A DNA stretch of 64,000 nucleotides from the human T2T-CHM13v2.0 reference genome, Homo sapiens: NCBI RefSeq assembly GCF_009914755.1, contig NC_060926.1. One strand, written 5' to 3'. The first letter of the stretch is position 1. The number at the start of each line of letters is the position of its first letter. Below the pieces are notes generated by a model. The model saw nothing but the letters and a program-made list of their open reading frames with translations. It was not told where the DNA came from and ran no database searches. The position numbers and the translations under genes are program-made. Positions 24,461 through 41,057 of the stretch are shown one piece after another.

Positions 24461-27400
24461 AAAATAAGTATAAACTATTTTATACTTTAAAGAGTAAATG
24501 TACCAGCTCTGGCATTAAAATGGGATTCAAGACGTAAGGCAACCGAGGTGGAGGTGAGTTCACTCTTTGCAGACCTCACCCCAGAGGCTGCTGGGTGATG
24601 ATGGAGGTGGGGGCAGAAAGGGTAGGTGGGCTTTCTTTGAGATCGAGTTGAGGGAAAGGCAGGGATATGAAATGATTATCTCTCCTGTGTTATTTGAGAA
24701 ATATGTATTATAAATCATCTATATTGTGATCCTAATAATAATAATTCCCATTCTCTTGTTAGGAACACAGTATGTGTTGTAGAATGGAGGTACAATAAAT
24801 GATACAGTCCTGAAGAAAACTTATGTGCCCTTTCCCACTACTTAACTGCTCAGAGCTCAACTTATCAAAATATTTGTTTTGTTTTACCTGGGTCAGCCCC
24901 CACCAGGCCAGCCTGGGACCCTTCCACAGGCCAGTCCCTGTTCCAAACCACATCCAGAAGAAGGTGATAATGACCTCCTTAACACCCAAGCCTACACTGG
25001 GCTCAGTAATTGCTCCAGGCCCCTGCTTGTTTCCTCTCACAAACACCTTAACTCAGAAGGAAGGCAGGGAATGGCTTGAAGCTGAAGCTCATTTCCTAGA
25101 CCTAACTCCAAGCTCTTCCCAAACCACACAATTCACTGATGGAGCCAATAAGACAGGAACGGGGAAAGTGAAGTACAGGATGGGTGGTGGAGAGTAATAA
25201 GCACTTCTAGGTCCATTAAATGAAAAATCAAATTTCCTTCTAGTGGCTGAGCATAAAACAGAAGAAACAATCATAGAAGAATCAGAGAGATGTTGTGATG
25301 GAAACTCAGGAGATAACAAACCCGTTTTTCTAAAACCAACAAGTACCTCAGAGAGATGAAGCCCCATAACATTTCAGCATGAACTCTAGTGAACTTAAAA
25401 AAAAAAGAGATAAAAAGTGCATTCATTTTAAATGCATGAAAACATGAGTGGTACAGCACTTATTCTAGTACCACAGACATGAGATGCCCATATTTATAAA
25501 TCCTTTTTTTGACAATGATTATTTTGAAAACTCAGTTCTATCAACATTTTCATTCTTTCTAATGAGGAAATCCTCCATCAATGTTCACAGAGCATTTATC
25601 TATAGTACTTAAAGATTTCCATTTAGCTGACACAACATTATGTAAGGAGATTTTGCAGAAAAGGAGAATAAGATGTAGTAATGCATTTTAGGTGCTCAAC
25701 AAAATATTTTTGAGTAACCATATGAGCTAACAGAAGGAGAATTTGTTATTTCTAATGAGTTTAGCAATGAATATGTGGGCAGTCAGAGTAAAAACCAGGA
25801 GAGAGCTATGACAAGTACTTGACTTCTATGACAAAGTTTTAAAAGTACTGTCACATTTGACACATTATCTCATCCAAGCCTGCGGCAACCTGGCAAAGGC
25901 GGTACCATTAATCCTGTTCTACAAGGAAGGAAACTAAGGCAGAGGGGACAAGTGACTCATCTTTCCCCACTGCACTGCAGTTGAAAGAAACCAGAAAATA
26001 AAATCAGGTTATTTGGTAGGTCCTCAGTAACGAGTCTGAGTCAGGTTCCACTGAAGCTCTTTGAGTAGCCACTTCCAGTGACTATGTGTGTTAAGGAAAC
26101 TGTTGGCTAAGAAGGGAAGAGATCATTACCAGAGCCAAGAATGGACCCGAGCCAGGAGGAATGTATGGAGCCAAGGAAATAATGCAACACAGCCCCCTTC
26201 TTTAGGGAGATGAAACAGAAAAAGTTCAACCTAAAATTCAACCCTTTAGTCACCATTCCAGGCTAAGTTTAAATCACAAGTTTTAAATGTATACTAATAT
26301 GAGTAGAGACTTGAAGTGATTCTGGGGGAAAACACAACCCAAAACGGTAGTTTTTGAGACAAACACTTAAAGCTATAATGGATACCTAAGATTTTATCCT
26401 GAAATGTGAAAAAAAAAAAGGGATATTTATCTCAGAAACAAAAAGGTCAAAACCCTTCAGCTCATCACATAATAAAAGCAAAGTAATGAGGATTAAAATC
26501 TGTTCCAATCAACCCTGCAGAAGAAAGAGGATGATATGTTTAGAATCTAAAGAATATGATTTGTACACACAAGCTCAACAGAGAGAGAGAAATGATTCCT
26601 GGAGAAATGGCATGTGGTGGACCTATCCACCACTTGAAAAGGGGATGAGAGAATGCATAAAACATCATTTAGGGGGAAATTTTTTAAATGTATTTTATTA
26701 TCAAACTAATGAACCAAGTGAAAAAATGCAAAGGTATAATGATTTGCAGGAACATCAAGCTCCTACTCAGAATATGGAGTAGCTGGGAGAAGGAGGGTGG
26801 CAAAGCAATGTCTGGCAGCATCCGATTCACCAATGGGCTGAGATGCTCTTACTGTTACACCATGCAGCAAACCCAGACATGACAGTTACAGGACAGCAAA
26901 CTCCTAGAGAACTGTTCAAATTGTTGTGTGTAAAAAATGTTAATGTGCTGGAGACAACAGTGACAATCAATTTCATAAGACCAACTCGTTCCTGCTCTCG
27001 CTAAATGAAAAGAAGGAAAGCTAAAGTGTGTTTGGGTTTTCTTTTCATTTGTTCTCAAGTTCAGGAAGCACAGAACAGATTTTCGTAGAATCTTGGCTAA
27101 TTGGACTTACAATCCTGATGTAACTGTATCCCATATAGTCATGCCAATTAAAAACTTCCCAGTCGAGAAGGACTCTTTTCCCCAGGATCTTCATTATATA
27201 CTTCCAAAACTACATGTAATGTTAACTGTTCTTAGCTTCCCTTTGTGTCTAGGGCACATTTACGGATTGGTTCCCACAGGATTCATCCTGCCAGGTATTC
27301 TGTGCATTTTTAATTATTTGTTTCTTATGGTCTTCACAGCTGACAAAGAGGACCATTCATTAAAAGTATAATTTGGAATGGTCACTGAGTCTGATACTCT

Positions 27401-27539
27401 TCTGCATAGACTGCAAATTAATTCAAACCTTTAGCCAAAGTGGGTTAGGATAAGCTGTCCTTCATCATTTTCTCCTGTTATTTTACACTGAGCAGCTCAT
27501 GTCAGGGTGTGAAATTTAGGTGTGTTCCCTTTTCTAATA

Positions 27540-27800
27540 GAGATAACACACACTATCAAATTGGCAAAGATAACAACAACAACAAAAACAAAAAGTGAAA
27601 AATCCCAGGTCAGAGGGAAAATGACAAACTAGGCATACACATCTGGTAAGAGCAAATTGGTTATACCCAGAGTGCAGTTTGGCAATCTGCAGCAAAAGCT
27701 AAGTCATTTCTCCTAAGAAAATTATTAAGAATGTATACAAACACTCTGTGGCAAAGATTACATAGAAAAGTTAACAATCTAAATACTAAGTGAACTGCAG
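27540..27800 (+). mobile_element. Ancient L1M-type fragment
   Basis: CACACTATCAAATTGGCAAAGAT...GAGTGCAGTTTGGCAATCTG resembles a degraded L1M ORF2 3' end; boundaries approximate. Confidence 0.45.
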
Positions 27801-27978
27801 AATAGCCACAGAGTGGAAAAAGCATGTCATCAGTGATACTGTATGGCCTTGTTTTTTAGCGGGGAGACAACCCATGCCTCTAAGAAAGAGGGAACAGGAT
27901 ATTGTATCCTGGGAGACACAGACCATGAAGAAACCAAATACACATTCCCCACCTTCTTTTCTCTTGAAATACCTAGAT

Positions 27979-28288
27979 CAGTGCTGTCCAATAGAAACAG
28001 AATGCAAATCACAAATGCAGCTGACATTTGTAATTTAAAATTTTCTAGCAACCACATTAAAAAAACAGATGAAATTATTTTCAATAATATTTTCAATACA
28101 GTATCTCCAAAATATTATCATTTCAACATGTAATGAATATAAAAATATTGAGATGTTTGACTTTTTTTTCCTAAGTATTTGAAATCCAGTGTGTATTTTA
28201 TACTGCCAGCGTATCTCTATTTGGACTCGCCACATTTCAAGCACTCAATAGCCACATGCGGCTGGTGGCCACTGTGCTGTGTACGCAG
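27979..28288 (+). mobile_element. MER33 (hAT-Charlie non-autonomous DNA transposon)
   Basis: CAGTGCTGTCCAATAGAAA start; GCCACATTTCAAGCACTCAATAGCCACATGCGGCTGGTGGCCAC near the end; degenerate 8-bp TSD ACCTAGAT/ATATAGAT. Confidence 0.88.
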
Positions 28289-28561
28289 ATATAGATGTTT
28301 ATGGGCTGTTGCCTCTTTCACAGTTTAACATTTCCCTTGCCATGGGAAATAGTAGCTTGGCACCATTTAAACCATGGCTAACACAGTTGCAGACTCTGCT
28401 TTAGATTGTTTATGGTAGTTGCTTTAAAGTGGGCTCACATTAGGGCAATAATCCAACTTTTGTACTTCTGAAGTTATTTTTCTAACCCTGGGTCTCAGGG
28501 AGATAATCACTCACTTTTGGGGTTAATCTCTGAGAATGTCTGAATAGCAAGGCATACTTGA

Positions 28562-28934
<373 letters not shown>

Positions 28935-30344
28935 TAAGACTAATAAATGGTATAAATTAAGTCTTGTGGCACAGCAGAACATCCTACAATTCTTCCTTCA
29001 TTCCCAACTCTTAGGGCTTTGAATGAGCTTTAATCATATACTTTGAGTGAAATGAATTATAATATATGACTTGAGAACACACCTCAGAATGGTACATTTG
29101 TTTGATGAGCTTCATTTTAAGAAAAAAACTGGGGGGGAGGGGAACCACATATTTATTCACTGCCTAAAAAACAAGAAATTGACTAAATCTGAAGCCAATT
29201 GACCCTGCAGATCTGCAGCCTCTACTTGTCTGAGATACCAAAATTTAACCACATGATGTTAGGGGAGCAATCAGGGAAGCCACTAGCTCTTAGGGCACCT
29301 TTCTTGCAAATTAGAAAAATGTACCCTGTATGGGAAGGGTCAATCTCTGAAGTACAGGACTTGGTGACTCAGTGTGAGATGGATATCAGCTCCATTCACC
29401 CCCGACCAGGCATTCTTGTGCTTGTGCAGGTGACAATGCCCACAATCGTACATGGAATCCTGGGAACAATGTCCCAGTTAGCATACAACAGCAGACACAG
29501 GTAGAAAGCTTTGGTGACAGCAGTGAGCTCAGTATGTAGGTTACAGATTTCCTCTGGACATCCCAGTACCAAAAATACCATCCTTATTAAATACTGCAAA
29601 ATTGGTAACTGTCCTCCTTATGGAAAGGTGAGGCAGAAAATAAAGAATACCAGATTTTCAAAAAGTAAAACTACTGTTATGCATCCAAATTGGAAATTAA
29701 AAATTTAAAGCCTAGGGCAGTTCTTAATATGAATAAATATGTGATGAACTTAATGAAAATATTTTCCACAAATCTTTATAAAATATGTAATACATGATTC
29801 TGGGAGTGTCCACCACCCAATGATATAACTGAGAAAGTTGGAGTTTGTTGATTGCACACTTTTTCACTCCTCCTTTACTGTAGTGACGAGAGACTATAGA
29901 GTACTCAATTTTATGTATACTAGAAAAAAGTTACAGTACATTCTATTGTCTATCTAAATAAGGTCTAGATGAAAGTGCACAATAATGGCATGTCAAGCTC
30001 ATCTCCCCAACCAAATCTGGTATTCCTTATACATTGGGAAAGCAGTCATCATATCCTGCTTGCTATCTATATATCTTTTTCTCACATATATTTTAATCTT
30101 GTTAAGGATAGAAACTGTTTTATTCATTTTTATGTGCTATGCTATCTACCACAACACCTTTGACATAATTGGTGCTAAATAAATGGTGGTTGAATTGATT
30201 TTTTAATTTAAAAGACTTAAAAGTTCAAAAAAGAAAAGGTAGTGGCCATAAGACAGAGAAGACAGGGTGTGCACAGAGGAGCCTCTGATAATCACCCACT
30301 CAATAGGCAGAAGAGGAGAGTTGAGGAAAGAGAATGAAGCAAAC

Positions 30345-30545
30345 ACTATTGGTTCCAGGCCCTATTTGTGCCAGGCACTGGCCAAGGAGCTTTACATATG
30401 TTACCTTACTTAATCCTCATCACAGGCATTATAATCCCTACTTTATGAACAGAGAACACTGAGGCCAGGAAGCAAAAGCAAGTTGTCCAGGATCATCCAC
30501 CTATTACACAGGCAAGCAGGGTTTCATTAGGCCTGCCTGAGCCAA
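30345..30545 (-). mobile_element. MIR fragment
   Basis: CCTATTTGTGCCAGGCACTGG...TAATCCTCATCAC...CAGAGAACACTGAGGCC...GTCCAGGATCATCCAC. Confidence 0.65.
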
Positions 30546-33500
30546 ATCACATCTCTCTCCCCAGCGCCCTCAGCACTGGAGGCCAGGCATGGTGGGAGGA
30601 GCTGCTGAAGAAAAAGCCAAGAAGCCAGCTGCACAGACTCTGAAGAAAAATTCTATTGCATGTCATCTAACGAGAGAGTTACATTTTCCCTTTTTCCTTT
30701 ACCTGTAACACAACTCCTTCCAGTCCACTGAAACAAATGTTTTCATTTTGAATAACATGACCATCTCAGCACAAATTCTAAATTGATGAACAAGTTATTT
30801 TAATAACATTCAAGATAAAATTCCAGGAAAAAAATATTTTGAGCTCTTATTCCTTTGAAGTTTATGGTAACAATGACTTGTTACTCGTTTTTCCTGTGTT
30901 TTGGATGTAGTTGGAAACAAACAGATGTCAAAGCCATGGTGATGCTCTAAATCATTTGTGGTGATCTAAAAGTTCTGGGAAAAGCATCTGTAAATTAATT
31001 TTTGCCACGGTGCCAGGAAGTAAAACACAAGAGTGTATTTATTACACACCATGATGTGTCTTTTAAAAAGGTTCTTATTGAAAGGTCCAAAACAGCAAAA
31101 TGAATATAGTCTATATCTTCCCCATACTGACATACATCTTTACATACGTGTGTGTGAGAGATGCAATTAAAATATATATATATACACACACATACACATA
31201 CATACACGTATATATAAAAAACAGCCTTTGCAACCAAAGTAAACCGTTATAAGCTACTGTGAGTAAACACACAGCAACATGTTTTAAAGGTATTTATCTT
31301 TGCATTGATGTTTAGATCATTACTGCTCATCAAATGTTCACAATACTCAGAGTGCTATGTAACTCTATGTCCTCATCCTTTAGAAGCCTGTACTGTTCAG
31401 GTTCTGATGTCTCAGTCATTCTCACTCTTAGACACACACATAACATGTACAAATCTGTTGCTCTGTTGTGTAGACCTTAAAGGATCAGTTTAGATTAATT
31501 TCAGTATTAGCCAATCAACTGTTGAGAGGGCTTCTTCACCAATGGTATTACTTTTTGATTCTTACTTTCTTCTATATACTTTTTAATGTTATTTTTTTCT
31601 AATTTTTCATGACCTATGTTACTTTTGACAGAAAATATTAAAACATACTATTTCTTTGCTGTCATTTATTAATGGATCAACCTTATTTAAGGACTATAGG
31701 TTAAAATACCTAAAGTAGCCAGATGAGACAATTATTTGAAAACATCTCTAATTCTGCTCAATTCCAGTGACAGCTTTAAAAAGAGACATCTTTGAGTTTA
31801 TCTTCTTATGGCAGATATGAGACTCTGGAAGACTTTAGAAGGAAGAATTTCTCAAAACATTTTCCCAGGAGGTAGAGGCCCAACACTAGCTTTCGGTTCT
31901 CCAAGGTGTAATCTAGTAACAGCAGAAACACGCTAGCATACCTCAGGGTACATGGGGGAAAGGGTGGAACAGAGACCCTAAGGAAACAACAATAGAAATT
32001 ATAGGGGGCTTGGAGTGTGAGGAACCAACAACACTTGAAAAAGATCTGAGGCAGGTGCAAATTCAAGTAGGAAGAAATGTAGGTAAGAATTTTCTGATAT
32101 ACAACTTATAAAAGATGGGCAAACTGTTACCACCATCCAGAAAAAAAAACCTAGCAAAACAAAGAAAACTTCCTGAGTCTAAAGCTAAATAAATTAGCAG
32201 TATTTGTCCATCCATTAATGTTTGTAAAACTTCCAATTTACTTTTTTAGAAAACTGGGATACCCATAGGCATGTTAGTAAACATACAGATTTTTTAACAC
32301 TTGCTATTGTAAAACTCATGTAAGTCTTAGAGGCATGATCAATACCTTTAAGCCAACTTAAATACCCAACTTTTATAGACAGTGTCATACACCAAATGAT
32401 GGTTCTGAATCTGGTGACTAAGTACATTTTCACAGTTTACTCTCATTTTCCCCATTTCTCCCCTTTTATAAAATGTTCTTTTAAAAATATTATAAAATTG
32501 GTCTTGAAGAATCAGAAAAATTATTAGTTATTTTAGAGCTTAAAAAAATATATGTTTGAGTGGGTGGAGGGATAACGAAAATTTTTTAACAGAACTGGGA
32601 TGTTGGCTCTGTAAGTATTAAATTCTTTTTACTTAATCATATAATGAAAATTTTTTCATGTCATTAAATATTCCTCCAAAGCAAGATCTGCAATAAATGT
32701 TTTAATGAACACACTATAAACTCATTATTTCTGAGTATTTATATTGTTTCCAATGTTTTGGTATTACAAATGACATTGTGATAAACACCCTTTTACTACC
32801 ATCTTCAGTCCCATAATGACCTTCCCTCTACCAGCACCCATCTCACTGTTCCTGCAGGGTGAGTGACTGTGGCAGAGGAGAGCCCTGAGTCCCGGCACTT
32901 TCATCCTGACACTGAAGCTGATTACTTGGTACCACTGTCAATGACAGAAAGTCTCCCTCTTGGTAGCCCAAAAGGGGAAGGGGAATCTCATCTTCACTGT
33001 GAGGAGGGGAGAATTCAGAATTCAGGGCCCAGAAAGGAATCAGAACTGAAAAAACAAACCATAAACCACAAGAAAATAAATCTTAATTAGACAGTATCTC
33101 AAGGACATTGTCCCTGTTTTTAGGGACTCCTAGAAATGGGTGTTCATAAATAGGGAGGCAATAGGGCAGTTGTGCTGTGCTACCATCTGTTTTATGTTTT
33201 AAACTGAACTAGCAAGGTACATTAAAATGTTCAAATAATTTTATCTCACATCTCAATTTCCCTTCCATTTTGAATCTCACAATAAATATTTGTGTTGATA
33301 AATGAACCTGGGCAAGACCTAAGGTTGACCTTTCACCTCCAATCTAGTTATATGTTTTAAAACATTTATGACTAAAATTTCGTTTTGCAGTCTTAAAATG
33401 TGATCCTAAAACCTAGATGAACTTGCCTGTGAAATCAAATGACAGTAACTTGTTTTTCAAAGGGCTAATTGAGATGTCCTGAATTCTGAGCAGCTGCTTT

Positions 33501-34101
33501 ATTACTGTCATTTACAGAAATTTACCTTAAATATCTGACCCTTCTCCTCATAGAAAATGGCTTCTATTAATACTTGGCATAATATCATTAAACTGGGAGA
33601 CAAAAATCATCTTCTGAGAAGCATGTGTTTTGAGTATCCAATAATCTAAATCTATGTTCCCATAAAATTTTAAACATAAATAATCTAAGCAGCTATTCAC
33701 TTGTGTTCCTTACAGTAACTGAAAGATGTAACACATGTAATGCAAAATAAGAAAAGCTTATTTTTAAAAGCCATTATATTTATTTGTTAATAGTGCCAGT
33801 GGACTATTTAGAGTATTTAAATGTTCAAACAGTCAAGTCTCCTCTTAAGACTAAGTTAGAGTCACAGCAGAAATAGAGCATATTCTAGAGGTCAGACAGA
33901 CACTCACTCCACCCGGAAGCAAGCATCCATATCATCTGCTCATGTCAAAGTCCTTAAGAGGCACATATCAAGTTAGCATTTCAGAAAGGAAAATCAACAG
34001 ACTTTATATATATATATATGTGTGAAAAATGTTAGATTGCCATTACCCCATTACCAGTGAAACTTAGGGATGTCCAAATGATATGTGAAAAAATAATTAT
34101 T

Positions 34102-34496
<395 letters not shown>

Positions 34497-37400
34497 TCAT
34501 GGAAACTTACTGATAAGACAAACTGAGATCCCAGGCAACACTTCCATTACAGACCACATCCAGAAGAAGACCACTGCCAGCTGGGCAAAAAGGCTCACTT
34601 CAGTGAAATGCTACACCCAAGGAGGGGCAACTGCAGAGTTCTCAAAGATTCCTCTTTTCACTGAATCTCAGGCAAACAGAATCAGACTTCTAGTGAATAT
34701 TTCTAAAAATAAAGGCAGAGTGTGCATTACTTGTATGTTCAAAGATGGCTGATTTGCATTTCAGAAATTCTCTTGGAATGTCATAAATTTTTAAAAAATT
34801 AAAAACAAGAAGTCTACATTAAAATGACAGACTGATTTTAGTTAGCAATACAGCAGCACTGAGCCACATTTTGCTGTCTTATTGTAGCCAAATTACAGCC
34901 ATGGCTTTGTCCTGGGTCTGCATATGAAAATGGAACAAGTTCAGTGGGGCCTCCTGTTTCATTATTAAGCCTATCGGATTACTGGTTCTAATTAAGGATC
35001 ATGTTACTGGCTACCACACAGTTATTAATGTGCATTATTGCCATTATAGGAAGTTCTGACCTCTGCTGTGAGTCACCTGGAGTAAAATTTAATTATCAAC
35101 CAGAGAAAATGGGAGTAAAGACGATATAAAATGGCTTCTTATGAGGCATCTGTGATTGTAAAATACTATTTTATAGTACTTGTTCTGCCATTAGGAGAAT
35201 AATTAGAGTGGAGCCCCTTTCTAAAACCTAAAAATAAACTATCCAGAAGGCAAGACCACAATATATTCTATTCTACTTTTGATGCGTTATTAATTTAGCA
35301 AATTGCATAATATATTTTTCAAAGTTCAAGAACATGAGCTACAAGAAACTGAATTTACTGAATGAAATTAGGCTAACATTTAAAACAATATCATAGGAAT
35401 CGCAAATATGTTTTAAATAAACATATTTTCCTATCCTACTCTTTGTTGGCCAAATATAACATCTTCAAAAGATATGAATAAGTTATTTTTCACTGGTGTG
35501 CAAGATTAAAGATATGAAAAGTAATTAGGAATCTGAACAACTTGTCATTAGGAAAGCAGCTGCTACCTTTTAAATGGACATTTTCTTTCTTTTAACCTGA
35601 AAGTTATATTTTTTAAAAGTCACGACGAAATCGGTAAAACAACCCACTTCTGATATTTTAATTGTAAAACTAACGATGCCACATAGTCCTCGCAATAGCC
35701 AGTAAAGAAGGCAAAAGAGGTAACTTGTAAGCAGCAACTGGGGGGAACAGCAGGTATTACTAAGAAAGACAGTGGTTTATTCCTCTAGAAGTTTTAACCA
35801 AGATTAAGCACTTAACTTTCTGAGATACCTTCCGTGGAGCCACACCCAAAGGCAGAAGATGGGCAAATATATTTTTGCATCCCATTCCCTATCTATGATG
35901 TTTTGCCTGCCTTGATGAACACTTCATTTTTCTTTTGTTTTTTGTTGTTGTTATTTCTAGAAGTTGTTTCATTCTTAATGAACACTTTAGTCTACGACTC
36001 CAACAGTATATGGAAACACCAATGGTTTCTATAAAGGTGTAAATTATTCAAAAGGAGGTCAAATTTTAATTTTCAAGAGCCAAGTGCATGGAAATGGCAA
36101 AACATTTACAACTGTGTTCATTTTGCAACTATTTACTGAGTGCCTACTAAGTGTTAGCATTCAGTTCAGACACTAGAGAGAACAGAGAAGAAAACCCATT
36201 ATTACAGTACAGATGGGTGTTAGGTACCATGAGCTATGGGGGGCTCTGCTGGTTGGGCTTCATATCATCCCACCATTTAGCACAGTGCTGGACACATAGT
36301 AGATGCCCAATAAAAGCTTATTAAACTGGACCTAGTATACAATAACTCCCCAGACTAAAAAAGTGACGTATCATCTTTAACTTAAAATATAATGATAAAG
36401 ATATATTAATAGACATTTCTAGCTATGAGTCTCTTAGGTTTGGTGGTCTACATGATAGGATACATACCTCTATGTATCTCCTACAAATAAGCTTAGAATG
36501 TTACTATTTTACGCCTGTTTTACAAGAAAGGACACCAAGTCTCAGGCAAATTTGCCCAAGATTACATGGTAATTTCAGAAGAAATGAAACTGGAAACTCT
36601 TTTTCTTCCTATTGTGAAACCCACAATGCTAAGTAGAGTAACTCAGAGGGCACTCGAGTCCTAGAGACTAGTAGACAGAAAAACAAGACAACAGCCCAGA
36701 AAAGAGGGCTATACCAGACATTTTCATACCAGAAATGATCAGTTTATAGAGAGCAGCTGAAAATAAAGGTGAGGGAGGAAAGGGTGAGTTACTAACATTT
36801 AAAGGCAGGAAGTTAAGCCTATACGGGGAGGCTAGTAGTGTTTCAGGGACCACTGTGGAGTTCAAGTGGCACCTGAAACCGCCCACACCTGATGAAAGTG
36901 AGGAGACCTGAAGTAGAGATTAGAAATTCATATTCCATGTAACAGCATTTCTATTTTAAAGATAAAGAAACAGAAACGCAAATATTCAGTGCATTCTTAA
37001 AGACTGGCTTGTAAGCAACCCTTGCTGGTAACTGGTAGGTCCAAGGTCCGAAGTCAGGTCATCTGTTTCTAAACTGACTCCAAGTCATATGCTTTGTCTT
37101 TTACTTATTCTTTGAGAAGACAGCTCACATAAATCATATCCCTTAAAATCCCATTGAAAAATGTCAGAGAAGTTCCCCATGGGAGGGCAGAATGGGGATA
37201 ATATTCAGTTTTCCAGTGCTTGTTCTGATTGGCTAGAGTCTGTTTTCTAACTGTTAAATATTTTGATGATCACTTCAGAAGTGGGTGGTGAGTAGTGGGA
37301 ACAATCTTTCCTTATAACGCTAGATTTAAAACTTAAAGAAGGTTGGATACCACTGTAACAGTCCAGGCTATACAAAGTATGGTGTCAAAATTGGTATTGC

Positions 37401-40400
37401 AAGCAGACAATGGCTGTTCAGAGTGAAGGAGCGTTAGTAACTTCACTTTTCACTTCCCAGAACCCGGCATAGTAGGCACTCTCAATAATATTTGTTGAAT
37501 TACTTGATAAACAAATTTTCCCCAAATCTTGGAAGCCTTCTCCAGTCTTTAGGGTTTTCTCAACCACTGAATTTCTCCCAGGTATGCCCCTTCTTAAAAA
37601 AACTTTTAGCTAGAGCTTTGGCTCTTGACCTCTTTTGTTCTGGGTCTTTACAGTTATCAGAGATGGGCTGCGATATTACCGACCGTAGGAATGTACTCTT
37701 TAACATGAATATGCCAGTCCAGAAGTGATGCTAAAAGTATTTAACTCCTTGTATGACACAAACACTAAGCAAAGTGGGCAGCAGTTCATGGGGTCTCCTG
37801 GTGCTGCATGGGGCCCTGGGGCAGCCTGGGCATTCTTTCAGAAGAGTGGCCTGCTTTCCTGTCTTTCTAAGGAGGGATTTTGTTTATCAAAATGGTATAA
37901 AATGAGAATTAGAACATATCCTTAAAATAGAGACAAATCACAGAAAATATCCAAATCTCCTTTAAATCCATTTAAAAAGTGAACCTAAATTGATCTGAGT
38001 TCTCATGTTGTAAAACTGGAAAAGCTTCCATCATCCGTCCACTCCTCCTGAAGATACATTAACCAATGCAGGAATGGGGTTAGGATGAAGACAGCCAGCA
38101 AGCAATAGGTGCTACATATTAATTCTCTCAATGATTAATCCTAAGACTGAATCTTTCAATTGTTTTAAGCCTTCCTAAAACTTAAGACTCTGAAGGCAAT
38201 GCAATGGAATGGAAAAACTGAAGAACAGAAATTAGCAGTCTTAGACAATAACAAAATCCTCTAAACACTATAGAGTTATGAACAAAATTTCTTAAAGCTA
38301 CCTTCCAAAATACACCAAAGAAAACCTTATTTTTCATTTGGATTCCCTGATAAATTGAAACTAAATATAATATTACAAGGAAGTTCTGCTCAAAAAGCAA
38401 ACTTTGAAAAGAATGATTATGAAAGAAACTTCATTGTTTCCTTTTCTAGCAGTACTAAGAAAAAAAGATATTTTCTTATCACCAGTGAAAAAAATAGGTA
38501 TAAAACCACTGTCAGAGTCTTTCAGCTTTAACTTAAATCATGTAAGAAATGAATATCAGAAAAATGAATGACTTTGAACTAAAGGGGAAAAAAATCCACT
38601 TTGAGTATTAATGCAGAGGTGGGACCATGGCTTTTTTCTTTTTTTTCACTAAGGGCCGGCAATTAATTGCTTAGAATGCTAAAGCTGTATTCTATTGCCT
38701 CTGTAGATGTACGAATTCAAATGGTTTAAAGTTTCAGTGAAAAATTCAACATAACTGCTCACAAGACATTTCAAACAACTTTACCACCAAAGCAAATACA
38801 ACCTTGCCAAAACACAAGATTCTCAAACAAATTTTAAGGTAATGGTTATAACACCATACTATGTTTATTTAAACACCATCTTAAACCTTACTTTTATCAC
38901 CTCTTACAGCATCAGTGTGATATCCAGTGATGTAAGAGACAGCCACAATAATGAATTCCAGTGATGCCAAAGATCAAGTAAGACTACAGAACTGGAAAAT
39001 TATTCTAAGCAAATGGTGGTGAACACAAGACAGTAGTAGAACTAATCAGTTTTCTCATCGAAGGTCAACAAGTACCAGTATAAACCAGCCCTGAATACTA
39101 TGGGTGAAATCACCTGAAGGTCTGTCTACCAATTTCTATCTGTGGAAGTTGTCATTTTGAGAATTACATTTTTACTGATCTCTAACACCATACAAAAGTA
39201 CCTTCATATATATTATGATTCATAACATTTTTAGACTAAGGAATTTTGCTGCACTTCAAGGGCAATGTCTCAAATCTAGCCCAATAACACACCAGTAGAA
39301 GCCCTGATATCCTTAATCTTCTGTTTGAATAGAGTGCTTTATTACTTAGTGCTTTCATATTCATTATTTCAATCTTAATTCAGAGTCCATGATTGAGAAA
39401 TGAGGCTAAAATAAACAGCAACAAATTAAGCACCGTCTAATGCATGGAAAATAGGCAGGAGTGGTATTTCCGAGCTTTGACCATTCTAGAACAGAACAAT
39501 GGCCTGCACAGTGATTATCTCTAATTTTATTACCGGAAAAAGTTTTCCTAATTGTGATCCAATTAAAGGATGCTATGTATTGCACCTAAAACATAGTGAG
39601 AAAGTAAACCATTATATAAATCCACCCCAAGCCAATACTGGATTTATTTTCCCAAAAGAGTATATGCATTTGATATCCCAAATGCTCCCCAACAAGGTAT
39701 TTTAAAGGTGTCTCATTCAAAATATCCTCTTCACCAGAGGAATGAAAAGTTTCTGGTTGATGTTTTTCATTTACTTACAAGAATAAAAATGACATTTACC
39801 CATCTACACATTCAAACATAAATGCTTATGTGCAGGTATGTGTGTATGTGTATTTATGTATGTAGCATGTATACATATTACAGCCTGTCTTGTTTTAGAA
39901 AGGACTTAGGGTAGCTTACAAAGAGACATACCCTAGAAGGCAAAGGTAAAAAATCAACAGCAAAGAACACAGGACAAAGGCAAAAATGAGGCAGGAATGA
40001 AATGGCTTTCACAGAGGCTGACTGTTTCAAGTGCTTCTCATTGATGGCTGAGCCTGAAGAGCTTGTCTAATGACTATCAACCTGCACTGATCAAATACAG
40101 CATATGACCTAGAGATGAAGCACCTGATTGACAAGAAATCTATCATAAGCAGCTCTTCAGCACAAGCATAATTCAATGGTAATTGGTCCTAATGATGAGT
40201 CTGGAATGCAAGTGATAAATGTAATGTGAATGATGATAAGAAAATGTATCTCAATGCATCCTATTGCTTTGAAAATTGACGATTCATATAAGACATATAA
40301 GGTAAAACTCTATAATCTGAAAACTTGATGAATTAGTATAACTTATTTCTTGACTATACTGGAAGACAGCCCAGTTAATGATTACTTGAGTTTATTAATG

Positions 40401-41009
40401 TTTTATAGAGGGATATTTAATACCAAAAAATCTGAAACAAGCAAGGTTCCAGGACCTTAGAAAGATGAAGAGAAATCCTTTATTTCTCCTTTTTTGGATC
40501 ACAGAGCAGAAAGGAATCTGCCAAGAGTTTCAAATAGCTTTCCTCTTGCATGCCCACTCTGATGAGTTACTAGTGGTTGTATTGTATAGGGAAAGATTCC
40601 GAGGCTCAGCCAGGCACAGTAGGAAAGAGTATTCTCATCTATTTATTAGCAATTCTGCCAGGAGAGAGGAAATGAGGTGGTACATGGCCACTTGCTTGTT
40701 TATTTCTGATCTCTGGTTTAATTTGCTGATGTCACCAATGAAGAGCCAGAGGCTAAAAGTATCTGATTATTTACCACTGCTTAATAGATGTATTTATTCG
40801 TAGCCTGCTTCATTACAAAAATGACTTGATGTGTTACAGAAATACACATAACAATAAATAGATGAAAAAAATCCAGGATGATAGAGAAGAATATGTATCA
40901 TGTGGGAGGATAAAGTTTGTTCTTGTGGCAAATCCTAGAGCCTTCATTTTCAACACAGCCTTTCCCAGCACTGAGTAATCCACATTCACTACATTTTAGT
41001 TGCTCATCT

Positions 41010-41010
41010 C

Positions 41011-41057
<47 letters not shown>

